32,000 nt of DNA from an uncultured archaeon (GCA_964510585.1 CAZECW010000113.1:31948-63947), one strand, 5' to 3'; shown: positions 9,801-18,043, counted from the first letter of the stretch. Numbers and translations are program-made. Notes: generated by a model not told the origin, from the letters alone.

Positions 9801-10008
9801 GATGAACCTTGACTACATGCAGAGAATAGAAGTATACATAGACTGCAGCAACAAAATGTTCCAAGAAATAGAAGAGAATAGTGATTACATTAGAGAGGAA
9901 ACATTAGCAACCATTCTAAAACAAGGGAAAGGCAAAACAAAAGGCTACCAAAAGAAATGGAAACTAAAAGACGAACAAATAACCATCACCATAAATGAGG
10001 CAAAATAA
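6856..10008 (+). CDS. ileS: Isoleucyl-tRNA synthetase (archaeal/eukaryotic type)
   Basis: EGPPTANGLPHVGH (HIGH-like), GWDTHGLPVE, CP1 editing motifs WTTTPWTL and GTGIVHMAPAFG, EAIDQTRGWF, KMSKS, ELSNWYIRRSRRRFW. The ATG at 6856 is preferred over the GTG at 6847. Confidence 0.98.
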   Translation: MPLYKDVETTPDYPKIEEEILKFWKQNKIFQKTQEFREKNNKGWFVFLEGPPTANGLPHVGHVLTRAVKDVVMRYRTMKGEYVNPRRAGWDTHGLPVELEVEKALGLNSKKEIEEYGVAKFNEKCRESVFRYEKEWVRMTERVATWMDMDNPYVTLEPYFIESVWWSLKQIWSKGNLYRDYYVVLYCPRCGTPLSAHEVALGGYKDVKDPSIHIKFKLLGEENTYFLAWTTTPWTLLSNVALAVHPDYDYILVEYKGERLILAKALQMVLEGNYKIVREFKGKELEGLEYWPLFDFVKPEKKAFVVVLADFVTLTEGTGIVHMAPAFGAEDFEVAKKYDLAIIQLVDEAGRIKEEAKPFAGMKVKDADKKIIEALREKGLLFREGVLEHAYPFCWRCDTPLLYYAIETWYIKLSALRENLLRNNEKINWYPRHLKHGRFGNFLEEGKDWALSRNRFWGTPLPIWKCDNKHYVCVGSFKELEEYAGPLPKDFDPHRPYVDQITFACPECGANMKREPYVIDCWYDSGAASFAEHHYPFENKEFFEKTFPVTFITEAIDQTRGWFFSLHAVATAVFDSHAYQNVVSLGHVLDEHGHKMSKSRGNVVDPNVIFRNEGADAMRWYFFVSSPPWAPKRFSEKMVIETRNHFLNTLWNAYYFYVTNANIDDFNPYDDKFKKKDSQNILDRWLKSRLNRVIKIVDSSMKSYMIHTAARAIDKFVVDELSNWYIRRSRRRFWRAEMDEDKIAAYHTLFEALEKIVRILAPFIPLISEAMYQNLSKGNGEAPESVHMTDFPEFKEELFDDELEKSMGLAIEISSAGRAARASKNIKLRHPLQELVVVADSESLDYIKPLEHVLKDELNVKNVKYETDDSNYVTYKLKPNYKNIGPKFKNLAPKIVQELERLDPKEAAQKLAGQGKLTLFIGGEQVELTSEEVEVETLEKENYVMGQAGHVKVFLNTIITPELAEEALAREIVRRIQTMRKEMNLDYMQRIEVYIDCSNKMFQEIEENSDYIREETLATILKQGKGKTKGYQKKWKLKDEQITITINEAK

Positions 10009-10119
10009 GAACAATCCTACTACTATCTTCCTCTCCCTATTTTTCAACTACATAATAATCACATTAAAATACCGGAAAAATACGAGAAGTTAATAATAAA
10101 AGGAAAGGAGGATTCAAAG

Positions 10120-11763
10120 ATTTCCATACTTTTAAAGAATGGAAGAATATTAGATGGTACTGGTAACCCTTGGTTCAAATCAGACCTACTTGTGGAGGGT
10201 AACAAGATTTCAAGAATCGAGCCCTCAATAGAACCAGCTGGCGTCGATGATGTCATCGATGTTTCTGGATTAATTGTAGCACCCGGATTTATTGACATTC
10301 ATTCTCACTCTGACATCACCATATTTTTGGAGCCAACGGCAAAGAGCAAAATTTCCCAGGGAGTAACAACAGACTGTGTGGGAAACTGCGGCTTCTCGGC
10401 ATCCCCCTTTCCCAAAGATCCAGAGAGAAGGGAAGAGCTGCTCAAAAAAATGATATGGATCTCTGAAATGCAAGATTTAGATATACGGTTTCACACCATA
10501 GAGGAGTACATGCAAGAACTAAATAAGACCAAGATTGGAATAAACATAGTTTCCTTAACTGGACACGGGATATTAAGAGCTATTTCTATGGGTGTCGAGA
10601 ACCGAGAACCAACATCAGACGAGCTTGAAACAATGAAAAATTACTTGGAACAGGAACTAAAACTCGGCTCATTCGGACTGAGTACTGGCCTTGATTATCC
10701 TCCTGGATCCTTCGCTAAAACCGAAGAAATAATAGAACTATGCAAAGTGGTAGCCAAATATAATGGAATCTATGCTACTCACTTTAGATATGTTTCCGGC
10801 TCTCTATCTTCTGCAACCCGAGAAGCCATAAAGATAGGAGAAGCATCTGGTGTTCCAGTTCAGATTTCACACTTTAAAGCCTTTGGAAAACTATTCTGGG
10901 GAACACTTGGAGATGCCTACAGAATAGCTATGAGGGCGAGGAAAAAGGGAGTTGAGGTAACATCAGACACCTACCCCCATCTGGTAAACTCCACGAGACT
11001 GTTTATGACGATGCCTTTCCACCTGTACCTGAGGGATGGAGCACTAGACCCAGAAGGCTTTCATGAAAAAATTAAAAGAATCAGAGAAGATCCGAAGCTA
11101 GAAGCCCAAGTTAAAAGGGAAATAGATCAAATTGCTAGCGATGTGTGGGGAGTGGATGTAAAATCTGGTGACTTGTCCGAGTGGAGAAAAATTATTGTTT
11201 CCACCAAGGGAGATCCCATATATAATGGAAAGTCGTTAGAGCAAATAGCAAAGGAACAGAAAAAGGATCCCAGAGATGTGCTCATAGATATTTTCATCAA
11301 ACACGGAATTAAGCCCGGAGGCACGTTTCTATCTTTGAGGGAAGAAGATAACCAAGTAACATTGACACATGAGATTTCAATGATTTCCTCGGACGGCGGG
11401 GTTGTTCCAAATAGAGACACTTATGTTAACCCATATTATTATGCTGCATTTACCCAAACACTGGCAAAATATGTTAGGGAGAAGAATTGGCTCACTCTGC
11501 CCGACGCGATACGCAGAATGACTTCGTTTCCAGCCCAGAAGCTGGGTTTAACTAAGAGAGGATTGTTAAGAGTTGGAAACTACGCCGACATCACCATATT
11601 TGACCCTGAAAAAGTTCAAGATCTCTCGACAAACGAAAATCCGCACCAGTATTCAGTGGGCATAGAATACGTCCTAGTGAATGGCCAATTTGCTATTAAA
11701 GAGGGAAAATTCACGGGAATAAGGGCAGGCAGAGGAATCTTGAAAAACAGGCAAGAAATTTAA
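10120..11763 (+). CDS. N-acyl-D-amino-acid deacylase (D-aminoacylase) family amidohydrolase
   Basis: PGFIDIHSHSD, SQGVTT..VGNCGFS (Cys ligand), YATHFR, QISHFK, ISSDGG, AIRRMTSFPA. The family N-terminus ILLKNGRILDGTGNPWFKSD lies upstream of the track GTG (10192), so the start is placed at ATT 10120 after AGGAGG. Confidence 0.9.
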   Translation: MSILLKNGRILDGTGNPWFKSDLLVEGNKISRIEPSIEPAGVDDVIDVSGLIVAPGFIDIHSHSDITIFLEPTAKSKISQGVTTDCVGNCGFSASPFPKDPERREELLKKMIWISEMQDLDIRFHTIEEYMQELNKTKIGINIVSLTGHGILRAISMGVENREPTSDELETMKNYLEQELKLGSFGLSTGLDYPPGSFAKTEEIIELCKVVAKYNGIYATHFRYVSGSLSSATREAIKIGEASGVPVQISHFKAFGKLFWGTLGDAYRIAMRARKKGVEVTSDTYPHLVNSTRLFMTMPFHLYLRDGALDPEGFHEKIKRIREDPKLEAQVKREIDQIASDVWGVDVKSGDLSEWRKIIVSTKGDPIYNGKSLEQIAKEQKKDPRDVLIDIFIKHGIKPGGTFLSLREEDNQVTLTHEISMISSDGGVVPNRDTYVNPYYYAAFTQTLAKYVREKNWLTLPDAIRRMTSFPAQKLGLTKRGLLRVGNYADITIFDPEKVQDLSTNENPHQYSVGIEYVLVNGQFAIKEGKFTGIRAGRGILKNRQEI

Positions 11764-12037
11764 ACAAGTTTTCCTCACATTCCTCACATCTTGCAAATTT
11801 TTCGTATTTTTTTTTTCTTTTTAACCCATTTCTGTTTATATCTCCTGCAGAATTTGAAGGCTGCCAAAAAATATTTGCTGAAGGTCTGGCATTCTTCGTA
11901 TCGACTTGTAAATATCGCAAAAATAGAAAAAAATAAACCAAGGGTTTGGGAAATGAGATATACAAATAGCTTTGGGAATAGCTTTTATAAGGTCACACCA
12001 ACACTTAGTATTGTAGATTCTTAAGGAGGAATGAAGA

Positions 12038-12682
12038 TTGGTAAAGGTTAAATGGTGGGGTCATGCCACATTTGAAATCAAAGGAAGCAAACTAACAATC
12101 ATCACGGATCCTCACGGGGGCTCAGTGGGATTACCCAATCCCAAATGTTCCGGGGATATTATTCTGGTTTCACACGACCACTTCGATCACTACTCAAAAG
12201 TCGAAGACGTATGCAAGGGTGGCGCCGAAAAGGTTTTGTGGATGACAGGCACCAAAACAGTTAAAGGAATTCCAATAAAGGGAATACAGGTATTCCATGA
12301 TGAGAGTAAGGGCAGTCAAAGGGGCAAAAATGTCATCTACACATTTGAAATGGATGGAATAAAGTTCTGCCACTTGGGCGACCTAGGACATGTTCCCTCG
12401 GAATCCCAAATTAGAGAAATCGGTGAAGTCGATGTACTTTTCATTCCAATCGGCGGAGTCTTCACCATCGACGCCTCAGGAGCCACCGAGGTGGCGGATC
12501 TAATAAAGCCAAAAATAGTAATTCCCATGCACTACAAGACTCCCGGTTTATCACTCGGTTTAGGCGACATAAAAGCATTTACTAAGGGTAAGCCTAGAGT
12601 GAAGGAAATCAAATCCTCAGAAGTGGAAATAACAAAAAGCAATCTACCAAAGGAAACCGAAATTTGGGTACTAAAACTGTAA
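12038..12682 (+). CDS. MBL-fold metallo-hydrolase (UlaG/Lactamase_B_3-like)
   Basis: WWGHATF, ITDP, VSHDHFDH, CHLGDLG, IPIGG.FTI, IPMHY. AAGGAGG lies 8 nt before the TTG. Confidence 0.9.
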   Translation: MVKVKWWGHATFEIKGSKLTIITDPHGGSVGLPNPKCSGDIILVSHDHFDHYSKVEDVCKGGAEKVLWMTGTKTVKGIPIKGIQVFHDESKGSQRGKNVIYTFEMDGIKFCHLGDLGHVPSESQIREIGEVDVLFIPIGGVFTIDASGATEVADLIKPKIVIPMHYKTPGLSLGLGDIKAFTKGKPRVKEIKSSEVEITKSNLPKETEIWVLKL

Positions 12683-12822
12683 AACTTTTTGATTCTTTTT
12701 TACTTTTTAAAAATAAAATCAGAACCTTTTTATTTCCTCGGCATCCTCTCTAACAGGACGAAAACTTTATTTTCCATAAAACTCGCAGCATCACCTCTAT
12801 TCTGAAAAAGGGAGGATTGATT

Positions 12823-14004
12823 TTGGACGTTGAGAAAATTAGAGAGGATTTTCCCGTAACTAGAGAGTGGGCCTACTTTAACACGGGTTATTATGGCCCC
12901 CTGCCTCGCCCAGTTGTACAAGCTATGAGCGATTTTTTAGTGGAATGTATGTGCACTGGACAAGGAAACTGGGAAAACTTGTTCGATTTTGAAGAGAAAA
13001 AAGAGAGGACAAGAATAAAACTGGCAAACATGCTGGGAGCCTCACCAGACGAGATTGCATTAACTAGAAGTACTACTGAGGGCTACAACCTAGCATTGCA
13101 GAATATTGATTGGAAGAAAGGAGACGAAATAATCATCAATAGTGTAGAGTATCCACCTAACCGCTATATATACAACTTTCTAGTCGAAAAGTTCGGAGTA
13201 CAACTCGTAACTGTAGAAGCTGACGAGGAGGGTATCGTCAACCCAGCAGATGTGGAACAAGCCATAACAGAACACACCAAACTCATATCTATGTGCCACG
13301 TTACCTACCACCCAGGAACTATTTTACCCGCGGAGGAAATTGGAAAAATTGCTTCTGAAAACAATATTCTCTACGCTCTGGATGGTGCCCAAGGACCAGG
13401 ATACATTCCAGTAAATGTGAAAAAACTCGGATGTGACTTTTATGCTGTAGCGGGGCACAAGGCTCTCTGCGGACCCGTGGGTACGGGCTGTCTATATTTC
13501 AAAAGGGAGCATGGGGAAAAAATGCAACCACTAATAGTAGGTGAACCATTCCTCTTCGGCGCAGAACCAACCGAAACCATCTCAGAGAAGGGAAGATGGT
13601 TGGCCCCCTATAAGTTTGAGGCAACTTCCCTAAATTATCTGGGGTTCATTGGTTTGGGCGCCGCAATAGACTATATGAATAGAATTGGGATTGAAAATAT
13701 TAGAAGAAGAAACATGATGCTCACTTCCTTTGCAATTGATGAGCTAACTAAGATCCCTAATCTTAAGATTGTTGGTACAAAAGACGTTAATAAAAGGGTT
13801 GGCCTACTGTCCATAGATCTTCCCGGTTACCCTGCGATAGTGTTGATGCCCTTCGCTGCAATAAGGAAAGTTATTTTTAGGCCGGTTAGGGGTAGCATCT
13901 CTCGAATTAGTATACACTATTTTAACACTGAGGAGGAAATCCTGAGAGTGAAGTCTGTCATAGAACAGGCCATTAAACTCTCAAAAATCAGAGAGCTCCT
14001 ATGA
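12823..14004 (+). CDS. Class V PLP-dependent enzyme (NifS/SufS-fold, lacking the persulfide Cys)
   Basis: REDFP...YFNTG, LTRSTTEG, LDGAQ, VAGHKALCGPVGTG (PLP Lys), RISIHYFNTEEEI. GGAGG lies 7 nt before the TTG at 12823 (track start 12817). Confidence 0.88.
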   Translation: MDVEKIREDFPVTREWAYFNTGYYGPLPRPVVQAMSDFLVECMCTGQGNWENLFDFEEKKERTRIKLANMLGASPDEIALTRSTTEGYNLALQNIDWKKGDEIIINSVEYPPNRYIYNFLVEKFGVQLVTVEADEEGIVNPADVEQAITEHTKLISMCHVTYHPGTILPAEEIGKIASENNILYALDGAQGPGYIPVNVKKLGCDFYAVAGHKALCGPVGTGCLYFKREHGEKMQPLIVGEPFLFGAEPTETISEKGRWLAPYKFEATSLNYLGFIGLGAAIDYMNRIGIENIRRRNMMLTSFAIDELTKIPNLKIVGTKDVNKRVGLLSIDLPGYPAIVLMPFAAIRKVIFRPVRGSISRISIHYFNTEEEILRVKSVIEQAIKLSKIRELL

Positions 14005-14128
14005 AACATTTTTCCACCCTTTTGGAAACTTCTCCCAGGTTTTCTTTTTTTGTTCTGTTTTTGCTTTGTTTCGCTTTCCTTTTTTGGGTTTGAAGTTTGA
14101 TGGGGTGTGTAAAAGTATTAACAATAGT

Positions 14129-14140
14129 AAAGCTTAAATA
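14129..14140 (+). promoter_or_regulatory. BRE/TATA-like promoter element
   Basis: AAAGCTTAAATA lies about 65 nt upstream of the thioredoxin-like ATG and follows a T-rich terminator-like tract after the upstream gene. Confidence 0.4.
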
Positions 14141-14205
14141 GATTTAATTATTTGTTTAGTTGTGCAATATCCGTGCAGAACCGTAAGTAAAACCGAGGTA
14201 ATAAG

Positions 14206-14499
14206 ATGATAGTAATAGAACTATTCTATTCCAAGAACTGTCCCTACTGCCCTGCGGCCAGGAAAATGATTGAGGAATCAGTCCAAGAAATAGAAAAGGC
14301 ATTTAACGAATGTATAATAGTAAATGAAATAGATGTGGGAACAAAAACAGGCCGCGAAAAGGCAAAACTGTATCAGGTGGAGGGCGTACCAACCATTGCG
14401 ATAAATGGTTTAGTGACTTTTGTGGGAGTCCCACCCAGCACCCAATCCCTAGTAACCGCAATTAGAAAATTCATAGACCCCAATCAAATATATGTATAA
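14206..14499 (+). CDS. Thioredoxin/glutaredoxin-like redox protein (CPYC)
   Basis: FYSKNCPYCP, GVPTIAING..FVGVP (cis-Pro loop). GAGGT lies 6 nt before the ATG. Confidence 0.92.
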   Translation: MIVIELFYSKNCPYCPAARKMIEESVQEIEKAFNECIIVNEIDVGTKTGREKAKLYQVEGVPTIAINGLVTFVGVPPSTQSLVTAIRKFIDPNQIYV

Positions 14500-14580
14500 T
14501 GAGATATAGGATTAGATTTTTTATTCTTTAAATTTAAAGCGAATTATTGCTTCTTCTAAACTTGTAAATAAAAAACCAAA

Positions 14581-15804
14581 TTGTTTGAGGAAAATAGATT
14601 AACAAGAAAATCTACCATATTGTCGGGTGCAAACTTGCCTAAAGAGCTAGTATCTTTAAGAAGGCTGTTAAAAAGGTATTTCAGATTAATTGCAGACTAC
14701 TCCAAGGAACTCTACTCGGTGGACGACGGGTTCACAAAGCAAACAGAAAAGGAATTTAAACAATATAAAACCAACCTTGTTCTTGAAGTAATCCAACAGT
14801 CTACCAAGTCTCTATCACAGTTCATATCATTCCTAGACACGCTTGTAAACGCCCTGAACCTCTGGTTTGAATTTTTCTTCAGCATAGTTAATTCTCTCGG
14901 GACACAGCAGTATTATGATATTATCCGCGGGAAAGTACGACTCGAAGAAATTGTAAAACCCGAAAAGGTTGACCTACACTTCCTGAGGTTTAACGTGGAA
15001 AACTCTGTAGCCTTCATTTATCCAAAAATAAAAGAACTATTCTCGGTCTTACTATCCGAGGTAAAAGGTATGCTTAGCATTTTAAAAACCATAAAGTCTG
15101 AAGTCGCGGAACAATTTATAAATGAGTTGGAAGAAACATTAAAAAAGTGGCTGGCATCTGAAGAAAACCTCTACTGCATAATTGAGGAGGCACTACAAGA
15201 CCAATCGGTAAACAGCGTAAATAAAATCATAAGCCTAGCTAACTATCTAATCGATTTCGCCCGAAACTTTCTCCACTGCATTGGGTATATTAGTCCATCT
15301 ATAAAGGCGGGAGAGGAGTACGAACTAGACGACTTCGTTACAGTCCTGGAGCAGATTAAAGGTATACAAAAGGATTTAACATTAATCCTTGATTTTCGAA
15401 GAAAAGCATATGAACATTCAGAAAAATTCAATGAGCAAATACCAATAGCTCTTTGGGGAGACAGAGAGACAGCTCTTAAAAAGTTCGAAGCCTTTGCCCG
15501 TTTCGAATTAAAAACTGATAAATTGATTCCGGAAAATGTTAGTGCCGAGGATCTGGCCTTTGGTTTAGTGCAGGCAAAGGCAGAACTCAACATTGTTAGT
15601 AATGCAATCGAAATGGAAAAAGAAAAAATATATGCACTTAAAGCCGCTGCGGATCTTCTTGAGAGTCCTATCCTAAAAATCCTATATCAAGGCATATTAA
15701 AGAGAAGAAAAATAGCAAAAAAGTATATACAGCTTCTCTACCAAAATTTGGATGATTTACAGAGAGAAACACAAAAAGTTCTAGAGTCAAAAGGCCAACA
15801 TTAA
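14581..15804 (+). CDS. Hypothetical all-helical protein
   Basis: 407-codon ORF with amphipathic helical periodicity and no clear catalytic motif. The start is uncertain. Confidence 0.75.
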   Translation: MFEENRLTRKSTILSGANLPKELVSLRRLLKRYFRLIADYSKELYSVDDGFTKQTEKEFKQYKTNLVLEVIQQSTKSLSQFISFLDTLVNALNLWFEFFFSIVNSLGTQQYYDIIRGKVRLEEIVKPEKVDLHFLRFNVENSVAFIYPKIKELFSVLLSEVKGMLSILKTIKSEVAEQFINELEETLKKWLASEENLYCIIEEALQDQSVNSVNKIISLANYLIDFARNFLHCIGYISPSIKAGEEYELDDFVTVLEQIKGIQKDLTLILDFRRKAYEHSEKFNEQIPIALWGDRETALKKFEAFARFELKTDKLIPENVSAEDLAFGLVQAKAELNIVSNAIEMEKEKIYALKAAADLLESPILKILYQGILKRRKIAKKYIQLLYQNLDDLQRETQKVLESKGQH

Positions 15805-15924
15805 ATGTTACAAAATAAGTTGAAAGAGATTAATTTTACCAGATTTTTGGGCTCTTTCACTAATCCTTAAATAAAAACTATGACAAAAGAATAGTTGAGA
15901 AATTTTTTCAGGTGGTGTTTCCCC

Positions 15925-17193
15925 ATGACGGAAGAAAACTCATTCCAACATGTTCTACACCAATTGGATAAAACTGCCGAAATAATGAATCTCGATCATA
16001 ACATTCACAACTTTCTAAGAAAACCCCAACGCTCCCTTGAAGTGTCCATACCCATAAGAATGGATGATGGTAGTATACAAGTCTTTGAGGGTTACCGGGT
16101 GCAATATAATTATGCTCGTGGACCATGTAAGGGCGGAGTTAGATACCACCCTTCCGTGACCTATGACGAGGTGAAGGCTCTAGCCGCCCTTATGACTTGG
16201 AAATGCGCAGTTGCAGACCTGCCCTACGGTGGAGCTAAGGGAGGGGTTGTTTGTAATCCCAAAGAAATGTCCCAAACAGAACTAGAAAGACTAACCCGAA
16301 GATATACTTATATGATTCTTCCAATAATTGGGCCAGAAAAAGACATCCCCGCCCCAGACATGTATACTAATGAACAAACGATGGCTTGGATGATGGACAC
16401 CTATTCAATGATTACAGGTTACTCTGTACCCGGTGTTGTAACTGGCAAACCCCTAGAAATTGGAGGGACAAAGGGAAGATCGTACGCCACAGGTAAAGGC
16501 GTAATGTTCATAACTCGAAAAGCCCTCGAAGACTACAACATACCAATAAAAGGCGCCACTATAGCCATTCAAGGCTTTGGTAAAGTTGGTTCCTACGCAG
16601 CCCAGTTTCTAGCTGAAAAGGGGTGCAAGATAGTCGGCATAACAACCATGGAAGGGGGACTATTCAATCCCGACGGTATAGATATACCAAAACTATTGAA
16701 TCACGTAAGAGAACAAAAACCATTTGCGGAGTACGAAGAAAAAAACTTGGAATACGTCCCTGACATGGAAAAAGCAAATAAACGGCTAATCAGTCTGGAC
16801 GTAGATGTACTAATTCCAGCGGCTATGGAAAACCAAATAACACATGAAAACGCAGGAGACATAGAAGCAAAAATCATAGTGGAAGGAGCAAATGCCCCTA
16901 CAACACCCAAAGCAGACGAAATCTTAATAGAACGTGGAATACCAGTAATACCCGACATCCTAGCAAACGCAGGAGGCGTAGTGGTCTCATACTTCGAATG
17001 GGTCATGTCCCTTCAGGCTTTCCTATGGAGCGAAAGGGAAGTTAATGTGAGACTTAGAGATTTAATGCTCAAAGCATACGAAAGTGTATCTTCAATCCAT
17101 AAGAAAATGAAAGTAGATTTACGCACCGCAGCCTACATATTGGCAGTGAGCCGTGTAGCCAAAGCAATTGAGTTAAGAGGTCTGTTTCCCTAA
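15925..17193 (+). CDS. gdhA: Glutamate dehydrogenase (Glu/Leu/Phe/Val dehydrogenase family)
   Basis: [36 protein letters not shown]...[37 protein letters not shown] lies 7 nt before the ATG at 15925. Confidence 0.97.
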   Translation: MTEENSFQHVLHQLDKTAEIMNLDHNIHNFLRKPQRSLEVSIPIRMDDGSIQVFEGYRVQYNYARGPCKGGVRYHPSVTYDEVKALAALMTWKCAVADLPYGGAKGGVVCNPKEMSQTELERLTRRYTYMILPIIGPEKDIPAPDMYTNEQTMAWMMDTYSMITGYSVPGVVTGKPLEIGGTKGRSYATGKGVMFITRKALEDYNIPIKGATIAIQGFGKVGSYAAQFLAEKGCKIVGITTMEGGLFNPDGIDIPKLLNHVREQKPFAEYEEKNLEYVPDMEKANKRLISLDVDVLIPAAMENQITHENAGDIEAKIIVEGANAPTTPKADEILIERGIPVIPDILANAGGVVVSYFEWVMSLQAFLWSEREVNVRLRDLMLKAYESVSSIHKKMKVDLRTAAYILAVSRVAKAIELRGLFP

Positions 17194-17558
17194 ACATCCT
17201 ATAACCAGCTCAACAAAGTTATTCCATTTTTCATCTATTTTCTTTCACAAATTTAGAGAAGCAATAATCATACTCTTGCAGGATTAAGTTAACTCCATTT
17301 TTAAAAAATGAGGAAATCTCAGTTAAAAATAGGTATTTGGAGACTAATCTTGACTGGGGCGATGCGGGTTGGCAACTATATTTTAATCGTTTTTTGAGAC
17401 TTGAAAAATGAACTATAAATTTTTCAGTCTGGAAGCCAAACCTAATGAATCCATAAAATAGGGTGAGGAAGGATTATATAGGACTAATTATTTGTACTGT
17501 TAACGTTGATTTAGTAACCGCGAACAAACTTACCTGAAACTTTGGAGTAGTGATTATT

Positions 17559-17903
17559 TTGGATATAACCATTACACAGATGGCACTAGAATACATTGCC
17601 AAAGCGTCGGAAACAATTTCCAACAGCAAAGAAAAACCAGCCTTAGCCATTTGGGCGGATAGAGTCTACACTTGAGGCGGTAGCCGGGTGGAAATAAGGT
17701 TGGATGTGTATCCTGAAAATGAAATCCTAGAAGTTGAAGGATTTGAAAACAAGGGTAATTTGAATGGCACTGATATACCGCTCTACATACACAAAAACGC
17801 TTATGACTTCCTGCCGGAGAAACCGAACATTGACTGTTCAGGACTTCTCTTAAAGAGACTATTTATCTCCAACTTTACACCCGTACGCTTTGGACGATGT
17901 TAA
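17559..17903 (+). CDS. Probable selenoprotein of HesB/IscA-like fold (in-frame TGA 17673-17675 read as Sec39)
   Basis: TTG start after GGAGTAGTGA. Translation: MDITITQMALEYIAKASETISNSKEKPALAIWADRVYT-U-GGSRVEIRLDVYPENEILEVEGFENKGNLNGTDIPLYIHKNAYDFLPEKPNIDCSGLLLKRLFISNFTPVRFGRC (114 aa). Both halves match HesB-type motifs by eye. The track shows only the post-TGA half (17688-17903). Confidence 0.78.
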
Positions 17904-17907
17904 ATAC

Positions 17908-17983
17908 GGGGAAAGGAAATGATTCATCTCCCAAAAGTATAAAGGGATGATAATCAGACGGACAAGCACCGTCAAAATTCCCC
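17908..17983 (+). promoter_or_regulatory. Structured 3' UTR element, candidate SECIS
   Basis: Outer stem GGGGAA/TTCCCC encloses hairpin TGATTCATCTC...GGGATGATAATCA (A-rich loop) and hairpin GACGG-ACAAGCA-CCGTC. It begins 4 nt after the stop of the UGA-containing ORF. Confidence 0.45.
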
Positions 17984-18043
17984 AAAAGTTTTCTCCCCAC
18001 CAAATTAGTATGCATTATCTCTCATTAGATCCACCGCTTGGGG

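Noticed and set aside
17268-17460. Protein-like fragment (...LETNLDWGDAGWQLYFNRFLRLEK-TGA-TINF...) upstream of the Sec ORF
   Set aside because: No canonical start or SD, no Cys-type motif at the TGA, and no recognised family.
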